Positions 1 through 11,799 of a DNA stretch of 64,000 bases are shown piece by piece (position 1 is the first letter of the stretch; the number at the start of each line of letters is the position of its first letter). Origin of the DNA: a virus. Location of the stretch: the IMG/VR virus record IMGVR_UViG_3300048837_000984, positions 64,001 to 128,000 of that record. The stretch is one strand, 5' to 3'. Made by a program: the position numbers and the translations under genes. The notes below the pieces were generated by a model, which made no database searches, had not been told where the DNA came from, and was given only the letters and a program-made list of their open reading frames with translations.

Positions 1-3000
1 AGTAAGGACCCTGGTACAACCGGGCAGCTTCTTGACGACCTATATAGGCAGCGAAATCTCCGTGAAATAAGAAAGCCGCGCCGCACCTTTTCAAGCTGGC
101 TGAAAACAATCGCGCGGAAAACACGCCACCTGAAGAAAGAATCGCGCCTTTCATGATTCCTCCGTGTGTGCCGGCATAGCTGCTCCCTAAAAAAGGTACG
201 CATACCGGGAGTATCCGAGAACAGCTCCAGTAGAAAAAAAGCTGGGGGAGTCAAGCCTGGCAGCAGGCGGGTTTCGGTTAGTTATGGATCCGGACCGGTC
301 ATTGAGCACAGCTCTGTCTTGACGAACAACAATTCTCAGGTCGGCGAATCGCGCATACGGAAAGGTCAAGGAAGCTGGCATGTTTTACCCCTGCAGTAAA
401 CGGGCTCTGCGGCCCTTGCGCAAGTCAGCGTCGGCCAAACCTTTCAACATTGCGTCGCTATACCACAGACACCAGGCCCAGCCGTGATAAGACAACCAGG
501 CTCGAGAAGATAGCCATAGAGTGTTTGACCCGGGTACACAGACAACCAGGTATGCACTCATCTTCGCCTCCATTGACAGAGATGGGCTTGAAAGAGAAAG
601 TCCAGCGACGCTCGCTCAGACGGCCACTCACCGAAAAATAGCCGGGCCTCCTGTCCGGACAGTGAGGAAGCCCGCCAACAAAAGCTTAGCTCGGCAAAAG
701 AGCAGAACTGTCGATTGATCCTAAGGACTGCACTCATCTATGTGCTCCCGGCATGAGGTAGGCAGCTGAGATTTCTGAAAGACCGGCTCTAGCGTAGACT
801 TGTCTGTGCCCACACCAAATCCAGGCGCGGCAGTCAAACAGGTGCGCGTAGCCCCGTCCAAGCAGGGAAGCGACGGAGTATCTAAAGTGACCGATTCTCA
901 GTGTCGCTCGCATTAGCGATTTCCTTGCTGTAGATAGGCCTGGGACAGCCACATAAGATGCGCCCGCGAAAAAAATTGATTGGGACCGAACCAGAGGTAC
1001 GGTACACAAAGCCGAGCATGTGCATGGTACCGCCCCCGCAAAAGTGGTCGGTCGGCCGCTGAGAATGGACTCACACGAAGTGTTGCACCCATTAGAACCT
1101 CCACTGGTGAAGAAACGCAGTAAAACCGCTCGACGTCTTTGCAAAACAGGTGAGCTGGCTACTGCGCCTACCAAACCGCAGCCACGGGCCGGACCAGTTC
1201 GAAAGGGTTGCACAAAATTCGTCTCGGTGACACGCCTCGGCCGCGTAACGTCGTCCGAAACAGAGAAAAGCCATCTAGCCACCTACTCCTTAAGAAAGAT
1301 GCGCACGATAAGAGTGCGAAGCCTCGGCATCGCAGCAGCACCGGATAGGTCCGTACCAGAGCCAGCCTCGGTCCCACCAAGGCATAAGTGCGCCACAAAA
1401 AGAACTGAGTCTGGCCTGAAACTGGTACCGGACGCCTGGCTTGAGTATTGCTTTCATCCGAACCTCCACTGGTGAAGGAAGGCGTCGCACTCCAAGCCGA
1501 GCACGGCGCGACAATATACGTGGCGAGTACGCGAACACAGGAAAGCGCCACTCAAGTCACGCAACGCCGCGTCGTTGAATCCGTCATGAGAAGCTTCGGC
1601 GAGATAGTTGTTTGGGCCAAAGAACAGAAACGCCATCGTTAGCTCCAGTTCTCTTGGTTTAGGTGGGAATGAAGGCAGCCCGTCGGTACCTCTGCTGCCG
1701 CATAACCGCGCTGTATCTTTTCTTCACCAGAGCGCGCTGACAAAGCTCGAAGCTGCCCGAAGATAGCCAGGCAAAACCGTTGCGCTGGGCAAAGGCATGC
1801 GCCTGGAAATTGAGATAGGCCCTCCCAAGAGGGCCAGCCACATTGCATAGATACGCGGACATACCTATAACCTCCCGCGAACAAGTCTCGCAGCGCGGTT
1901 ACCACGCAAGATGCTACCACGCATGACGACACGGAACGAAACCCACGCAGCTGGGGTTCTTAGCCCCAGTCTGGCAGCGTAGTCGAGACCGATGTGAGCC
2001 CGAGCACGAAACGACGGAAAACCGGAGCGCCAGTAAACGAGAAAGGCGTTATCCACAATAGGACCCCCACTGTAACAAGTATGGGATGGCCGTGTGACCA
2101 ACCCAGGCCCGTGAGAGATGGATACGCCCGGACTGGAGCCAGGCAGACCTGTGTTGGTCCAGCCTGGCTCCGCAGCCCTGGTAGTAGCTTGAACCGAGAA
2201 CCGCGTGGTGCTGGGAAGAGATGTCCCAGTCGCTGTTGAAGATCGTTAAGACAGCTCCGTGCATAAAGTCATCCCCTGGTCAAGAAGTGCGACTGCCGAG
2301 TCGCCCAGATACGCTGCATAGAGCAGCCACGGGTATGCGCCGCACATGAAGGCCACACTGTCCCCATCGTGGAGGGCGCGGCAACAACCACCGAGGACGG
2401 CACCAGAGCCTTCCATGTCGTAGCGAAAAACGCCAGCGTAGCCGGAATAAGAAATAATGGCACCGGACATCAGAACAGCCTCCGCCTATGCCGAAGAATC
2501 GCCTGAGAGGCGTAGTTAGATATCGCTTGGCAACTAGGCAAGCCATACTTACCCGACCCAAGGAAGGCCTTGTTTCTGTACAGCGTTGTGTAGCGGCTGC
2601 GTGACAAACAAGCCCACGCCGAACGGTCATGAAACAGGAACGGGTAGTTGAACCTCTGATAGACAAGAAAAGCCCGACGCATTGTTAGTACCTCACCAGG
2701 AAAGCGCCCGGCCTTTTGTCGTCCAGGTTAGCTGCGGCGACTCTTTTTACCCAGCCGAAAGACATAACACAGCCGTGGACGTACCACAACCTGTTGAGGG
2801 AAGCTCCGACAATGGTAAGATTTGAAAGGACCGGTCGACTAGGTCCGTAAATAATCAGGCCAGTAAAACCGAGACTTGCAGTATTGTTTCTAACCAAGCC
2901 TGGCTCCAGGAAAGGTGTTTAGGGCTGCGCGAGACATGTAGCCGACTTTCCCCACCGGTCGGCGAATGTTGGCCTTTGCATCAACCCACGTGGGTCGTAG

Positions 3001-6000
3001 CGCAGCCTCAGTATTGACAGTGCGCGTCATGGCACGACTGCGATCAAAGTAGCGTGACCAGTTGAAGTAGCTTTGCCAAAGGTTGGCACAACACAATCCC
3101 ATGGACTCTCCTAGAAACGGAGGTTTGCGCAGGAAATATCAAACAGGGCGGCACCGTAGACGGAGTAGAGACCCTGGAACAGGCTGCTACTTAGCTGGAG
3201 GTGACCCTGGTGCAAACCTGCCAAGTCACAATACCGTCGAAGAATGGCGGAACTACAGATTCTACGTAAGGTGCCTGGGTAGTAAATGATTGCTGAGTGA
3301 CTCATCTAGGACAGATCCTCGCGCTTACAATCCACAAACCGTTAAGTCCGGTTGTGAATTTTGGAACATGGATGGCGCTGTTTACGGCCGGACCCTGGTA
3401 CAGGATCGCTCTCCTGAGACCGGGCCACGGCGTACGGGAATGGCGGTACAGCCGAGCGTCACAGCTCAGCTGCGTGTAATTCCCCCATCGGACTTCTCTG
3501 GTCAGGTAGGCTTTACTCATTTTCACCCCAGGTTTGTGCGAGCCTGCCTTACTAAGTAAGAAACTCGCACAGCCAAGTACGCGTTGTTCATTGTTGTCTG
3601 AGTTTCGCCTCATGTGAGTAGCGCGGAAAAACGCCCGTTATTGACCTAATAGCGCCACGCCGTCCGGCCGAAAGGAAACTTCGACACAATTGCCAGTGAA
3701 AGGCTGCGCCGAAACCACTCAGAAAGGCTCGCGAGTACGGAATATATCGCAACGTTGCAGCCACAGAAACTCCTACTGTTAGTCAAGGTAAGCCGCGCTG
3801 CGATGGTTGAGTCGGGCATTTGCCGCCAGACTGATCCAGGCCGCTGGGTACTTTTTACCGATGATCGCGCAGCTCCAGGTAAGAATCGCTCGACAGGAAA
3901 GGTAATTTAGACCGACCAGATAGGCACCCATACTACCTCCTTAACCCGAACTTTAGAACAGCTTCTGCCAGATATAACCCCAGGTAAGCCCGATGCCAGT
4001 TACTGCGCAAGTTGCTTTGCGCCGAATACCTTCGAGGCAGCTGGACAAGTATCGCGCGGCTACGAAACCACAAATTAGCTCGAGTCTGACACCAACCGCC
4101 ACGAAAGGGAGAATGCCTGGCAGCCATCATCACATCCTTAGAGTGGCATTTGTACGGTTGTTAAGGAACGGCCGACAGTTCTTGTATGTCCATCCCCAGC
4201 CCTGAGCCAGGTAAGTTCGACAGTGGTGTTGATGAGCTGCCGCAGCCCAGTGGTTAAGCGCAGCAAAGGCGCGGGCAAATCCGCCGCCCGTTAAGCAAGC
4301 ACGCAAGGGTCAGCTCCAGTCAATGAGGTAAGAAAAGGAATTACCGCTGAGCGCAGCTGAGGCTTTACGAAACAAGCTGTTGTGGAGCCAGGCCGCAGAC
4401 CTTCCGTGTCGTGGATAGGACCGTAACCCGTGTCGGAGAACGGCCTGGTTGGTAAACCAGCCGGGGAGTGAGTCGATAAAAGCCCCTGTACTCACAACCT
4501 TGCTCCGAAAAAGTGATTGAGGCGTGCCTGCGACTTCGTAAGCTGTCCGACTGTTTCGCCTTGTCGGAGGTTACTGACCAGGACAGCCCGACCCAACCAG
4601 GCTCCGGTTACCGGGGGCCAGCCCGTCAGGCGGGCTCGTGACTTTCTTGGATAAAGCCAGGCTCTGATCATAGGAAAGCACCCACTAAAAAATTAAGTCG
4701 TGGTCTAGCCCGCCAGTGCTTACCACATCTACCGGTGTAGACGAGGAAAGCATGAGAATTCGTTCTCGAGTACGCTCTAAACGCCAGAGAGTTACGGCGT
4801 TGGTCCGTCCGGAAAGCTTAGCACCCATTCCTTTGCCTCATGCTTGCGCGGAAAGAGAAAGGAAAGCAGATAGACGCCGCCCACTTTTTAGAGAAACCGT
4901 AGCTGAGGGCAGCCCGCCGGTAATGGCCGCAAATAGCTGCATACAGCGAGTTATGGAGGGCCTTAACGTTCGCCTTCAGTACGTTGGCCATCGGAAACCT
5001 CCCGGTTCGAGCCATGCAGTTGGGTGGACCTCGCTAAGAGAGGCCCGATAATGGAATGACCAGTCTTGCGAATCCAGCGTAACAAGGTAAGCGACACTCC
5101 TGTATCGATGCGAGGCGTAATTTTGTCCGGTCAGCCTGCAGCGGCTGAGACCACAAAGGATTGCAGAGTAGAATCGCATAGACACCTTTGTTAGATCCAT
5201 CCAGTCGGGTACAGCAAAGCCCGGCGGCTACCCGAAAGTCTGGGATAACACCTAAATATAGGACCCAAGCGGAGAAAAGCCCGGCGCCTGTAGCAAAGCC
5301 AGGCTCCCGGCTGATGGCCGCGATAGCAACTGGAATGACTGGGGACAGCCAATTTAGCTTCGGTCAAGTTGTTTACCCTGTTAGCGGCTCTGGACGCAAC
5401 GAGCCCCGATTCGCCAAAACCTCAAATACGCTGAAGAAACGCCACGCCAGTAACGGCTCTGGCAGTGATGGAGACCCGGCCGACAATGGGGATAGGCACC
5501 GAAACGGGTCCAGGCACGGCCAACCGTATACAGACTGGCACCGTGCGGCCAACTATTGAGTACAGCTCGGTTCACGTTAGTTATCCTCCGCGTTGTCTGG
5601 GTTCAATGTCGTCTTCGTGGAGCGCCAGCCGCGAGCCAGGCCGCAGACATATGCAACCCGCTCAAGTAAGCCTGACAGCGTAACCCACCGACATTCAGGT
5701 ATGCGTGTCTGCTTCCGTCAATCTGGGCGCGATACAGGTGACGGTTTAACCGGCTTCGATCAAACCGGCCGAGTAAAGCCGTGTGACGTACCATAGTGCC
5801 TCCAGCTAGGCTTAGTTAATCTGCCACAAGCAGGCCTGGTAGTTAAAGGTCAGCCGCGTGTAACACCGAAGCCTATATCCGAAGGCCAAAAACGCATGGC
5901 ATTCGGAGGGCAGGAGGGCTCCCGTTGCGTATCTGTACATACGAGCTCTGGATTTTCTTGACAGTCTAGCTGTGTTTAGCATTTCTTTTCCTATCCGACA

Positions 6001-8426
6001 GAATAGAACCCTAACCAAGCTCCAGACCGTACCACGTTGTCTCCTGAAGTATTAGAAGTTGAGTTCCGCATACCGAGAGGCAAGCAGCCATGGTCCGCCG
6101 ACATAAGGAGACTCGGTAACCAGGCCAGGAACACAACATCGCATAAGCCAGGCCCGAGGAAACTTGCTTCGCAGATAAGCCTGATTTCGACACAAAAACC
6201 GAAGACCGGCGCTGCTCATAGAATAGCCGCTCCTCTTTTGGAATTGAGTAAGGCACCGTAGCCGAACCAGAGACTCCAGGCTAATGGCCGTAAAACAGCC
6301 AGAGGGGTGTCCATGCGAAGTGCGCCCGGAAACCGCCCAGCCAGTCGAGGGTACGACCGACGGCGAAGTTTGGCTCGTTTCATTCCAGTAAGGCTCCGCT
6401 TCTTTTGTTGAGACAGGCCAAACACTCCCGATGCCAATAAGCAGAAGAATGTTTAATGGCAGCCCCTGACCAAGGCAAGACCGTCCGCAACCAGGCTGCG
6501 CCGAAGGTGCCAGACAGGTCTGCTCGATCAATACTTCCATATAAGAAAGCTCTGTTCATGCCAGGTGTGACCCCGTCTGAGGCTCGAGAAGGTAAGCGGC
6601 CGAGTACGCTCTGTTACGCCATCGTAAAATTTGGCAGCACAGCGCGCTGCTTCGAACCAGTCGCGTTCGAGGCCGGCTGTGAAACAACCAGGCTCGTGGG
6701 ACTATGCGATGCAAAACAGGACCGTAGGTCCACCGGCCGACTGTTGCAGTGTTCACCGCAGGTAAGCTCCATAAATAGACCGAAGGCCGGCTCGTTGTAC
6801 ACGTCGACCAGAATAATCCACGCAAGATGGTCGCCCGAAAAGTGCGTGCCGGCCCGCATAGCTGTAGCCAAACCAAAGCCAGGCGTTGGCAGTTCGCTCG
6901 CTCAACACGGCGCCTACGCAGGACCTGCAATTGTGCTGACGCAAGGATACGTTCATGCTATCTTCGCTCCTGTGACAGATGAACCCAGGACAGCTCCTTC
7001 CGATTGCCCGAGAGCTGCGCACGCCCAGCCAGAGTCTAACCAAGCTCGATGGAAAATAGAGAACTCGATGAAATGAATGGCAAAAACTCTTCGGTTAAGA
7101 AACGCTAACAGCTTACCACCTGCTCTTTCCGTGGCTTAAATCCGCATCGCGGCGGAATCGGTGAAGGGCGTAGACGAAGAAGTACTCAGGTCTGTACATA
7201 AGCCAAGGCCGAGATTCCAGCCCAAGAAGGGCCGAAGCAAATCCCGTTCGACTGCTTAGCAGAGCCATGTTTGTGCTGTTCAAAATTGCTTTGTTCATCT
7301 TACATGCCACTCCGGTTTTCCGGGGTACAGATACGCCTCTTGCTTGTCACAATGCAACGCCCCAAAAACCCGGTGGCTGCCTTGTCGCAGCGACGGATAC
7401 AACTTTCGACGAAGCATTGCGCCGCCTGTCCACCACGGAGATATGTGCAGAGAAGCAAGGTTCCACTGCTCGAGAAAGGCTCCACTCACGCTGCCCCCCA
7501 CCAGTAAGGACCGAAGCCGAAGAGCCGGGCCTCGTATAGAGCGCCGAGTGTTGCTCTCTGCGGGATAAATAAGTCCCTCTGAGCTCTGGCCGTACATCGC
7601 AGTCGCAAGAAGGCCGCACCGAAACTGAAACGCCAGCGGAGCCGGGCACCTTGCTGTCCAGATAAGTAAGCTCCCATCGCGTCACTCCCACAGATAGCAA
7701 CCGGGGCTCATGCAGGCCCCGACCCAATGATCGAGCCACGGAAAGGAGTAATTGAAGTAGAACCGTAGACAGGCTCTGTCTCGCCGAAACAAGACGGCTA
7801 AGCCGAAAAACTGACCGTATGCGCCTATAGCGCTCGAATAGCCCCGCAACCTGGCCGTATTCAACGTAACCTCCCTGCGGTCAGAAACGCTCCCGGGTTT
7901 TTTCGGTTAAACAAAATCCACGCCATACTCCAGCCAGTCTCACCGTGGGCCGCGTACGCCCAGGAAAGGCTGCCCAGGTGCGCCCGACACAGGCTGGAAA
8001 GCCATGTACGGGACTGACCTCTTGCTACGGCTCGATTCAATTTCATCTCCTTCCTCCTGAGAGCCAGGCCGCTTTGCGCCATACTGGAAGCCCGGACAAC
8101 ACGGGAACGATACAAACCGACCCCGACCGGAATCGGGCGTAACTGTCGCCGAACCATGCTCTGGGAAACCGCGAAAAATGCCGACTATGACCCTGAAGAA
8201 GATACGCGGCACAGAACCACATTTATCGACCCTCCTGAACGAGCCAGGCGCGGGTGGATTCCATCAAACGCGCTCCGGATCGCTTCAAAGGAGGCCGACC
8301 CGCAACTTGAAGTAACCTGGGCCATGTGAAGCCAAACCACCTAATGTTGGCTCTGGCGCTAGCAATAGCTGTGCGCCGGTTCAACATGGCTGAACACTGC
8401 CAGACTTTATGCAAAGCATGACTCAT
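1..8426 (-). other. Array of about 46 tandem, translationally coupled micro-ORFs (mostly 50-80 aa) with recurring (R/G/S/A)-A-x-(L/I) motif
   Basis: Manual tiling on the minus strand (approx.): <1-154, 187-381, 385-561, 558-737, 734-913, 913-1092, 1092-1274, 1290-1457, 1454-1636, 1659-1862, 1865-2055, 2049-2264, 2246-2470, 2470-2682, 2685-2897, 2890-3102, 3111-3305, 3302-3520, 3523-3591, 3588-3764, 3779-3931, 3933-4130, 4130-4306, 4310-4495, 4492-4671, 4668-4828 (frameshifted), 4818-4991, 4976-5179, 5191-5367, 5381-5575, 5603-5794, 5812-5982, 5991-6034, 6052-6219, 6216-6383, 6380-6559, 6556-6756, 6753-6956, 6953-7111, 7113-7298, 7295-7489, 7486-7677, 7682-7864, 7861-8046, 8043-8222, 8223-8426. 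Many ATGA/GTGA/TAATG overlaps and GGAG(G) RBS. Starts include MSAYL, MSAVL, MRATL, MGATL, MKAIL, MNRAFL, MGAYL. The array runs off the window edge. Confidence 0.8.
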
Positions 8427-8677
8427 ATAGTGCTCTCCAGAACCTCGACGGAGCTTTTCGGAGGGTAAAAGGTAAGGTTGTTATCGGAACCGAGGTAGAA
8501 CTCGTTCTTGTCATCAAAACCAGCTTCTCTGCCAGAGAGGTGAATATAACGGAACCAGACGGCGATATGTCCGCTGCTACTTGTCTCGACCCGGACAGCG
8601 TACCGATACTGGTAGCCGTCAAAGAAGGTATCTCCCTTCTGCAGATCCTCGACTTGCTTCCACACGACGAACTCCAA
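8423..8677 (-). CDS. hypothetical protein, leading gene of the micro-ORF operon
   Basis: 84 aa, ordinary globular composition, ATGA-coupled to the 8223-8426 micro-ORF. Confidence 0.7.
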   Translation of the reverse strand: MEFVVWKQVEDLQKGDTFFDGYQYRYAVRVETSSSGHIAVWFRYIHLSGREAGFDDKNEFYLGSDNNLTFYPPKSSVEVLESTI

Positions 8678-8682
8678 AAGAT

Positions 8683-8711
8683 AGGCCCGACTTAAAATTT
8701 AAGTCGGGCCT
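8683..8711. promoter_or_regulatory. 29-bp palindrome containing the ACTTAA-N3-TTAAGT motif
   Basis: AGGCCCGACTTAAA-A-TTTAAGTCGGGCCT, perfect 14-bp arms, just upstream of the micro-ORF operon. Confidence 0.6.
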
Positions 8712-8731
8712 CGCTAGGTAATCTGTTACCG

Positions 8732-9643
8732 CTAACTATTTCCGAGGACAAGATCTAGAGACCACATTCCTTTCCAGTGTCGGCCGGGTCTCCGGAGGTG
8801 TTTGAGGACTGGGTGCTCGATCTTACCGGTGCCAGCACAGTTCTGGCACCAGATGGAAATGCTTTCCGGCCAGCTGGCTGAACTTGCTGCACTTTTTCTG
8901 AACGTGTAGACAGTCGTTGGGAACCTTTCAACTTCGGCTGATGTGTAAGTCTGCTCACCTTTTCCGGCGCATTTTGGACAGGCGCCAGCTTCCAGACCAG
9001 CTTCCTCCAGAGCGTCTGAAAGAATCGCTAGTCGGTCCGGATCCAGACAGCCGGTAGACAGTTGTGTTGAATAGGCCGTCCTGGCCAGGTCGAGAACTGT
9101 ATCAGTAACGATCGGCGATAGCTTCGTGCCACGCCCACTGCAGGCTTTGCAACGCAAGCGAAGATTTCGGTGTGGAACCGCGCCACCGGCACCGGCAGGA
9201 ACAGTGCCCTTACCTCGACACTTCTTACATTTATCGCCCGGCGGTAAGGCAACCGGCGCCTCTGGATATCGCACGATATCTCTGATGACGTCGGGGACCA
9301 CTCGCCTCTGATTCTCAGTACAACTAAACGACTGTCGAAAGGAGTCTACAGCGGAAGCAATGGTCGCCCAGTACGCGCGTGTCTTAGCGGGTGCCATGAA
9401 CTTCTCTACGGTCGCCCAGGACGATCCGTCGGCCAACATTTCTGCGGCTGTACCGAGCGTGTTTTTGTGTACGGTGCCTTCTGAAGACAGCAACCGAACA
9501 GCTGCCGCGGCGATCAGTCGCATCTGTCTTTCTGTGATCCTGAAAGGCTCTTCGGGTGCAGTTAGCCCCGTCGGATCGCGTTGTGTGAGCCAGTGGTAGA
9601 GCTCGTCTGGGTTCTTGCAGGCCAGCCACTCTGCTTCTGTCAT
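8732..9643 (-). CDS. Gemmataceae-type paralog-family protein with two CxxCxGxG Zn-ribbon inserts
   Basis: Starts MTEAEWLACKNP; LAILSDALEEAG; ends HLRRPGRHWKGMWSLDLVLGNS; start reassigned to the ATGA-coupled ATG at 9643. Confidence 0.8.
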   Translation of the reverse strand: MTEAEWLACKNPDELYHWLTQRDPTGLTAPEEPFRITERQMRLIAAAAVRLLSSEGTVHKNTLGTAAEMLADGSSWATVEKFMAPAKTRAYWATIASAVDSFRQSFSCTENQRRVVPDVIRDIVRYPEAPVALPPGDKCKKCRGKGTVPAGAGGAVPHRNLRLRCKACSGRGTKLSPIVTDTVLDLARTAYSTQLSTGCLDPDRLAILSDALEEAGLEAGACPKCAGKGEQTYTSAEVERFPTTVYTFRKSAASSASWPESISIWCQNCAGTGKIEHPVLKHLRRPGRHWKGMWSLDLVLGNS

Positions 9644-10188
9644 GGAATTATGTCGTCCTCTGGGTTTATTGCTCGGGTTGGTAGGTTTTCCGGCCTGTCC
9701 GGAAGGAGCGTTAGAGGTGCAATTTTGTGCCAGGCTGTCTCCCGAGCCTGGGCTTCCTTCATCAGCGCTTCTAACTTGGGTCGGTTCTCTTCCTTGGCTA
9801 GCCAAGCCCGCAGGAAATGTTCCGTTGCCCTACGTTCGACTTCCCTGCCCCAGCGACCCGTGTTGACATAGCCCTCAGCTCTGGCCATTTCCAGGTAGGG
9901 CTCCGTGTCGACAACTTCCTCGATCGGGACCTTGCTAATCATCGGCAAGACAACCCAACCCTTGGGGATAGCTGCAGCTACCCACACAGCTGTAACGCGT
10001 TCATCGTGAACTGCCTTGATTGCTCTGCACCGCCTACTGACTTCTCTGTCTGCGTCCTTGACACCCAGTTCGACTGCCGGCATGGATGCTGGCAGCCCAG
10101 CTAACAGAATCGCTTCACCTCTCTCGCGGTCCTCAAACGAGTCGCTACCCAGGAGGATCAGCGCAGCCACAAACCATAGATTCATCAC
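9640..10188 (-). CDS. putative exported or membrane protein with HEAT-like 'LGSDSFEDRE' motif
   Basis: Hydrophobic N-terminus; motif recalled as common in planctomycete proteins. Confidence 0.6.
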   Translation of the reverse strand: MMNLWFVAALILLGSDSFEDRERGEAILLAGLPASMPAVELGVKDADREVSRRCRAIKAVHDERVTAVWVAAAIPKGWVVLPMISKVPIEEVVDTEPYLEMARAEGYVNTGRWGREVERRATEHFLRAWLAKEENRPKLEALMKEAQARETAWHKIAPLTLLPDRPENLPTRAINPEDDIIP

Positions 10189-10215
10189 GGTAGAATCCCT
10201 CCACTGAATCTCTGA

Positions 10216-10980
10216 TTAAACACCCCTTGCTAAATCCACAGCCCAGCAGCCCACGTAATGCGGACCAGGGCTGCGTAGATGCTCTAGAACTGGATCGGCG
10301 ATCTCGATGTTTGCCAAACCGCGACAAGCAGCGCACTCAACCTGATGCGTGTTAAAGCCAGCCGTGCAGGCGGGGCAGTAACTGGTCGAAGAAAGAAGAC
10401 CAGCTCCGCCACAAACACCGCACGCCGACTTGTACGACACGCGGCCAAAACCTCGGCAGTTCTGGCATACTCTCCGTTGGTTCGACAGACCAGCGTCCTC
10501 CAGAGCATCTGAAAGGATAGCCAACCTTTCGCCATCCAGCGTAGCGTCCTGCTCGCAATTTTCATAGGCGGTATTGGCCAGATTGCGGACCTGAGGTGTC
10601 AGGACGCTCTCGGCAAGCCGGTCTACTGGTGAGCCGAAAATGTCCAGGAACAGGTGTTCAATCTCTTCTGGTGAAAGAGGCCTGCGCATGTCTTCAGAAG
10701 GATATGTGCCAGCAGAGTAGTGGCGAATCGAGATGCGAGCAAACTCCGCAGCCTCGTGAAGACGTAGGTTCCACCGCGGACTCTGCTGTGCCCCAGGTAT
10801 TTTGTCGATGAAAGCCAGATCTCCTCTAAAAAACTGGTAGGTAGCTAAAGTAAACCTTTGGTAGAGATTCAGACCGAACAGCATAAGCTGTCGGTCTAAT
10901 TTGGGACTCGGCCTTACCTTTTCCAGGTACTCGGCCAGCATTCTCTGTATGTCGTCGACAGTAAGAGATGTTTCAGCCAC
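10216..10980 (-). CDS. Gemmataceae-type paralog-family protein with Cys-rich insert
   Basis: LAILSDALEDAG, four CxxC pairs, HLRSPGPHYVGCWAVDLARG. Confidence 0.8.
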   Translation of the reverse strand: MAETSLTVDDIQRMLAEYLEKVRPSPKLDRQLMLFGLNLYQRFTLATYQFFRGDLAFIDKIPGAQQSPRWNLRLHEAAEFARISIRHYSAGTYPSEDMRRPLSPEEIEHLFLDIFGSPVDRLAESVLTPQVRNLANTAYENCEQDATLDGERLAILSDALEDAGLSNQRRVCQNCRGFGRVSYKSACGVCGGAGLLSSTSYCPACTAGFNTHQVECAACRGLANIEIADPVLEHLRSPGPHYVGCWAVDLARGV

Positions 10981-10995
10981 TAGGTTTCCTCGAAC

Positions 10996-11487
10996 TTAAT
11001 TTTTAAGTGGTGCGACGCCGAACATTATCCGGATCTGGTCACAGCCCCAATCCCAGCAGGCCCGAGCCAGATACTCTTCGTGAACCGTGTCCGGTATCTC
11101 TCGGTGATAGGCTACACCTTCAGCTTGCTCAGACCGGATGTAACCAACCAGGTACCGCAGAATGTCTTCGGGTACCTCAGACCGGTCTACGGGGATAAGA
11201 TGACTCGTCCACGTAAACCAGCCATCGCAACAAGGTGCCCGGTCCGTGATGCGCAGCGTGTCCCGGGTAACCTTGCCGCCGATGATGCACGAGGCGTAGA
11301 CCTTCATCCAGGCCTGCAGCTCGAAACCGGTACTTGCGTGCCATACCTTGGGGTTGGATATGACCCGCAGCCTCTCGGCTTGATCTTCTTCGTTATGGTC
11401 CAGCAGCCAGTCCCGGAAGACAGCTGCTGTCGCGATCGTTTCTTTCCTGGCGATCAGGTCTTCCACAAACACCTTCCTCGCGTCCAT
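10996..11487 (-). CDS. TIGR02996-like domain protein (divergent)
   Basis: FVEDLIARKETIATAAVFRDWLLDH; paralog of 25142 and 25966; TAATG coupling. Confidence 0.65.
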   Translation of the reverse strand: MDARKVFVEDLIARKETIATAAVFRDWLLDHNEEDQAERLRVISNPKVWHASTGFELQAWMKVYASCIIGGKVTRDTLRITDRAPCCDGWFTWTSHLIPVDRSEVPEDILRYLVGYIRSEQAEGVAYHREIPDTVHEEYLARACWDWGCDQIRIMFGVAPLKN

Positions 11488-11795
11488 TAAGACCTCACAA
11501 TCCCGCCTTTGCACCAGATGCACGTCTCCCATTGCGCTTCCTTGTTCATGGCTCTGCCGCTGCCGCGACAGACTCGACAGGTTTGAATCGTTGCGACTGT
11601 GTTGTCTTGCTCGTCGCAGATCTCTACAACATGACCACCCACCGTCTGTCGTAAGGCTTCTGCAAACGCATCGCGATAGGTGTAAGATCCCGGCAGCCAC
11701 CAGAAACCGGAACCGAGCACGATCTTCACACGGAAATTGTCCGGGCTACCGCTTGATTCTGGTCCCGGTTGGTTCGACTTGGTTGGGTCCGACAC
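11487..11795 (-). CDS. small Zn-ribbon protein
   Basis: CRVCRGSG...CIWCKG. Confidence 0.65.
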   Translation of the reverse strand: MSDPTKSNQPGPESSGSPDNFRVKIVLGSGFWWLPGSYTYRDAFAEALRQTVGGHVVEICDEQDNTVATIQTCRVCRGSGRAMNKEAQWETCIWCKGGIVRS

Positions 11796-11799
11796 GTCT

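Noticed and set aside
3780-6600. Frequent CAGGTAAG (splice-donor-like) and CCAGG words on the plus strand
   Set aside because: These are reverse complements of Ala-Tyr-Leu and Ala-Trp codons of the minus-strand motif.
1-8426. Integron cassette array or alternative genetic code as the explanation for the micro-ORFs
   Set aside because: There is no room for attC sites because the ORFs overlap. All three stop codons take part in start/stop coupling, so stop reassignment is not indicated.
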